A stretch of 63,957 nt of DNA, filler included, from Octopus bimaculoides (Eukaryota), in assembly GCF_001194135.2 (NCBI RefSeq). It is 6 parts of 6 records of this genome, joined end to end, with 100 filler letters (N's around TTAATTAATTAA, not from the genome) between each part and the next. Parts side by side here need not be neighbours in the genome. Positions count along the whole stretch, not along the records: positions 61,085 to 62,796 come from NW_026384267.1; positions 62,897 to 63,957 come from NW_026435511.1; 4 more parts are not named here. The stretch is one strand, 5' to 3'. Below, one piece after another: positions 61,944-63,957 of this stretch (within the stretch, counting starts at the first letter, position 1; each line of letters begins with the position of its first letter). The notes below the pieces were generated by a model. It saw only the letters and a program-made list of their open reading frames with translations, ran no database searches and was not told the origin of the DNA. Both the position numbers and the translations under genes were made by a program.

Positions 61944-62926
61944 ATAAATGTTATGTACATCGAATATATATGTGTATATGTATATAATGTACATATGCAA
62001 CATATACAATATACGTATATACCCATGTACATATGCATATGTACATATATATATACACACACACGTCACATTTATAAACACACATATGGACAATCAAGCA
62101 TTAATGATTGATAATTTCATATTTCCTACTTCAGTATCTGAACGATTTAATGAATTGACGATAACTACACTCACACAGGTACACACAGTACACATACTTG
62201 CACTCATTGAAATCTAAGAACAACAAAAAAGAATACATATATATACCCCCATATATATATATCATAAATATTCATATATATATATGATATATTTTCGTAC
62301 ATATATATCCTTATAAATATACACATTTATGCGGAAACCTGCGTAGTAGACATACAAACATGGTAAATTTAAATATTTTTCCAAAGACTGAACAAAAAAG
62401 ACAAATTGTCTTAATCGATTTTCGAGCCATATTGCATTCTCATCAGAGGTATTTGTATCATTTGACCAATCCCAGAGAAATAAGCAACCAGTATGTTTAT
62501 ATAATCAATAAACCTAGTTACTCCAGAGAACTGAAGTTACTAATTTGAATAACTTTATTTGCATAACACTTTAATATCAGTGGCCTACCAATGGAGATTT
62601 TAGTCCAAGCAGTATCAAAGTATGATGAATATAAAGCTACAGATTTTTACAGGCAATTTCTTACATGTGTATATATTCACATATATGACTATTTATAGAT
62701 ATACTTTTGTGTATATATGTATAAATATACATGCATTTATATTTCACTCGACTTATGTATTTGAATACCCTATTTTTGAATAATCCTTTCTATGTANNNN
62801 NNNNNNNNNNNNNNNNNNNNNNNNNNNNNNNNNNNNNNNNTTAATTAATTAANNNNNNNNNNNNNNNNNNNNNNNNNNNNNNNNNNNNNNNNNNNNCTTC
62901 TCTTCCCTCTCTCTCTCCCTCACACA

Positions 62927-63081
62927 GAGCTTTTTTCAGTTTCCGCTTACTAAATCCACTCACAAGGCTTTGGTCAGCCCGAGACTATTAGTAGAAGGAC
63001 TTTTTAAAGGTGTCACGCAGTGGGACTGAATCCGGACCACGTGGTTGGGAAGCAAACTTCTTGCCACACAACCACGCCTAA
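62927..63081 (-). mobile_element. SINE family B 5' half
   Basis: TTTCAGTTTCCG..AAATCCACTCACAAGGC..CAGTGGGACTGAA..CCACACAACCACGCCTA. Confidence 0.88.
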
Positions 63082-63559
63082 CTGGAAGATGTCACCTCAG
63101 AAAATTATGCTAGTGAATTCCTCAATAGAAAGTAAGTTGGCCGTATTTGCAATCGTCAAAATAACGACCGTTTAATTTCGGAGTTAATGCAGTAAAATGA
63201 GCAATCCGGGCCTCATTATAGGCTATGAATATGGGGCATGTCTTGGGTCTTATGTTAGAAAACAACAAAAGGACGATTTTCAATAGGCGGACAAGGGTGA
63301 TGGTTCTAGGCTCAGGTGGGATGTACAGGATAAAGAAAAGTATGATAGTGTACTTGTATACCTCTACTTACGTCAGTAATTTATTCCAAGACCTGCGACT
63401 TAACTCGAAAAATGACGTAACACAAAAAATCAATATGAAAATATTTATTAGCTTATATTTGTTTTAGGTGCTTTTTTTTTTTTAATTTTGCTTTTATGTA
63501 TGTTCGTTGAGCCTAGTCGGATAAATTGACTGATGTTGAGGTTTATTCCTGAAAGCACC

Positions 63560-63840
63560 ATAAAAAAACAAAGCAAAACGACGTAACGTTGAAATAGACG
63601 TATCTTGAAACGACGAAGTTGAGGTATGTCTGCATATGGATATCACGTTGATAGTGAATTGGAGTTGACAGGGTCCAAGGGAAAAGAAAAGTGGTTGAGA
63701 AGGTTAAGGGCATGGTTAGTATCCTTGCTATAAGAGGGCAAGGAAGTGACGAGGAGTAACATAATCTTATCGCGGTCGCTGGAAAGAAGCACAGTGGAGA
63801 AACTACAGGGGGAGACAACGAGATGACCGAGGTGGGTGAG
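63560..63840 (-). repeat. Dispersed repeat fragment loosely similar to 15860-16000
   Basis: Pyrimidine-rich minus strand with shared ..CACTTCCT..CTAACCATGCC..GTCAACT..TTCACT..; weak. Confidence 0.35.
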
Positions 63841-63907
63841 TTTATGAAGCTTGAAGGAAAAGTGATAGATAGGTAGATAAATAGAGAGATAGACAGATCG
63901 ATAGATG

Positions 63908-63938
<31 letters not shown>

Positions 63939-63957
63939 AGAAAGAGAGAGAGAGAGA

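Overview
Repeat-dense, AT-rich eukaryotic DNA from a gapped draft assembly. The SINE families and the microsatellite load look like an Octopus/cephalopod genome; this is an inference from repeat recognition, with no search run. No intact protein-coding gene is supportable; nearly all ORF-track entries are translations of microsatellites, N-gaps or TE relics. Recognisable content: decayed mariner and Tc1 transposons, hAT- and Tigger/pogo-type MITEs, Tx1-like and CR1-like LINE fragments, Penelope-like element (PLE) fragments, many copies of two or three tRNA-derived SINE families, and a CpG-rich GAAC/GTAC satellite. The most interesting structures are (i) a nested hAT-MITE > Helitron > mariner composite carrying a ~510-bp palindrome and STPR-like repeats at 10.0-11.9 kb, (ii) several minimal hammerhead-ribozyme-like folds in PLE-type repeats, best at 15454-15540 (-), (iii) a tRNA-headed element with a PLE-like tail bounded by a perfect 21-bp inverted repeat at 52.1 kb, and (iv) in-window evidence that the SINE 3' tail matches the 3' end of a CR1-like LINE. 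A few splice-site-bounded open segments could be exons of a long-intron gene but cannot be confirmed.
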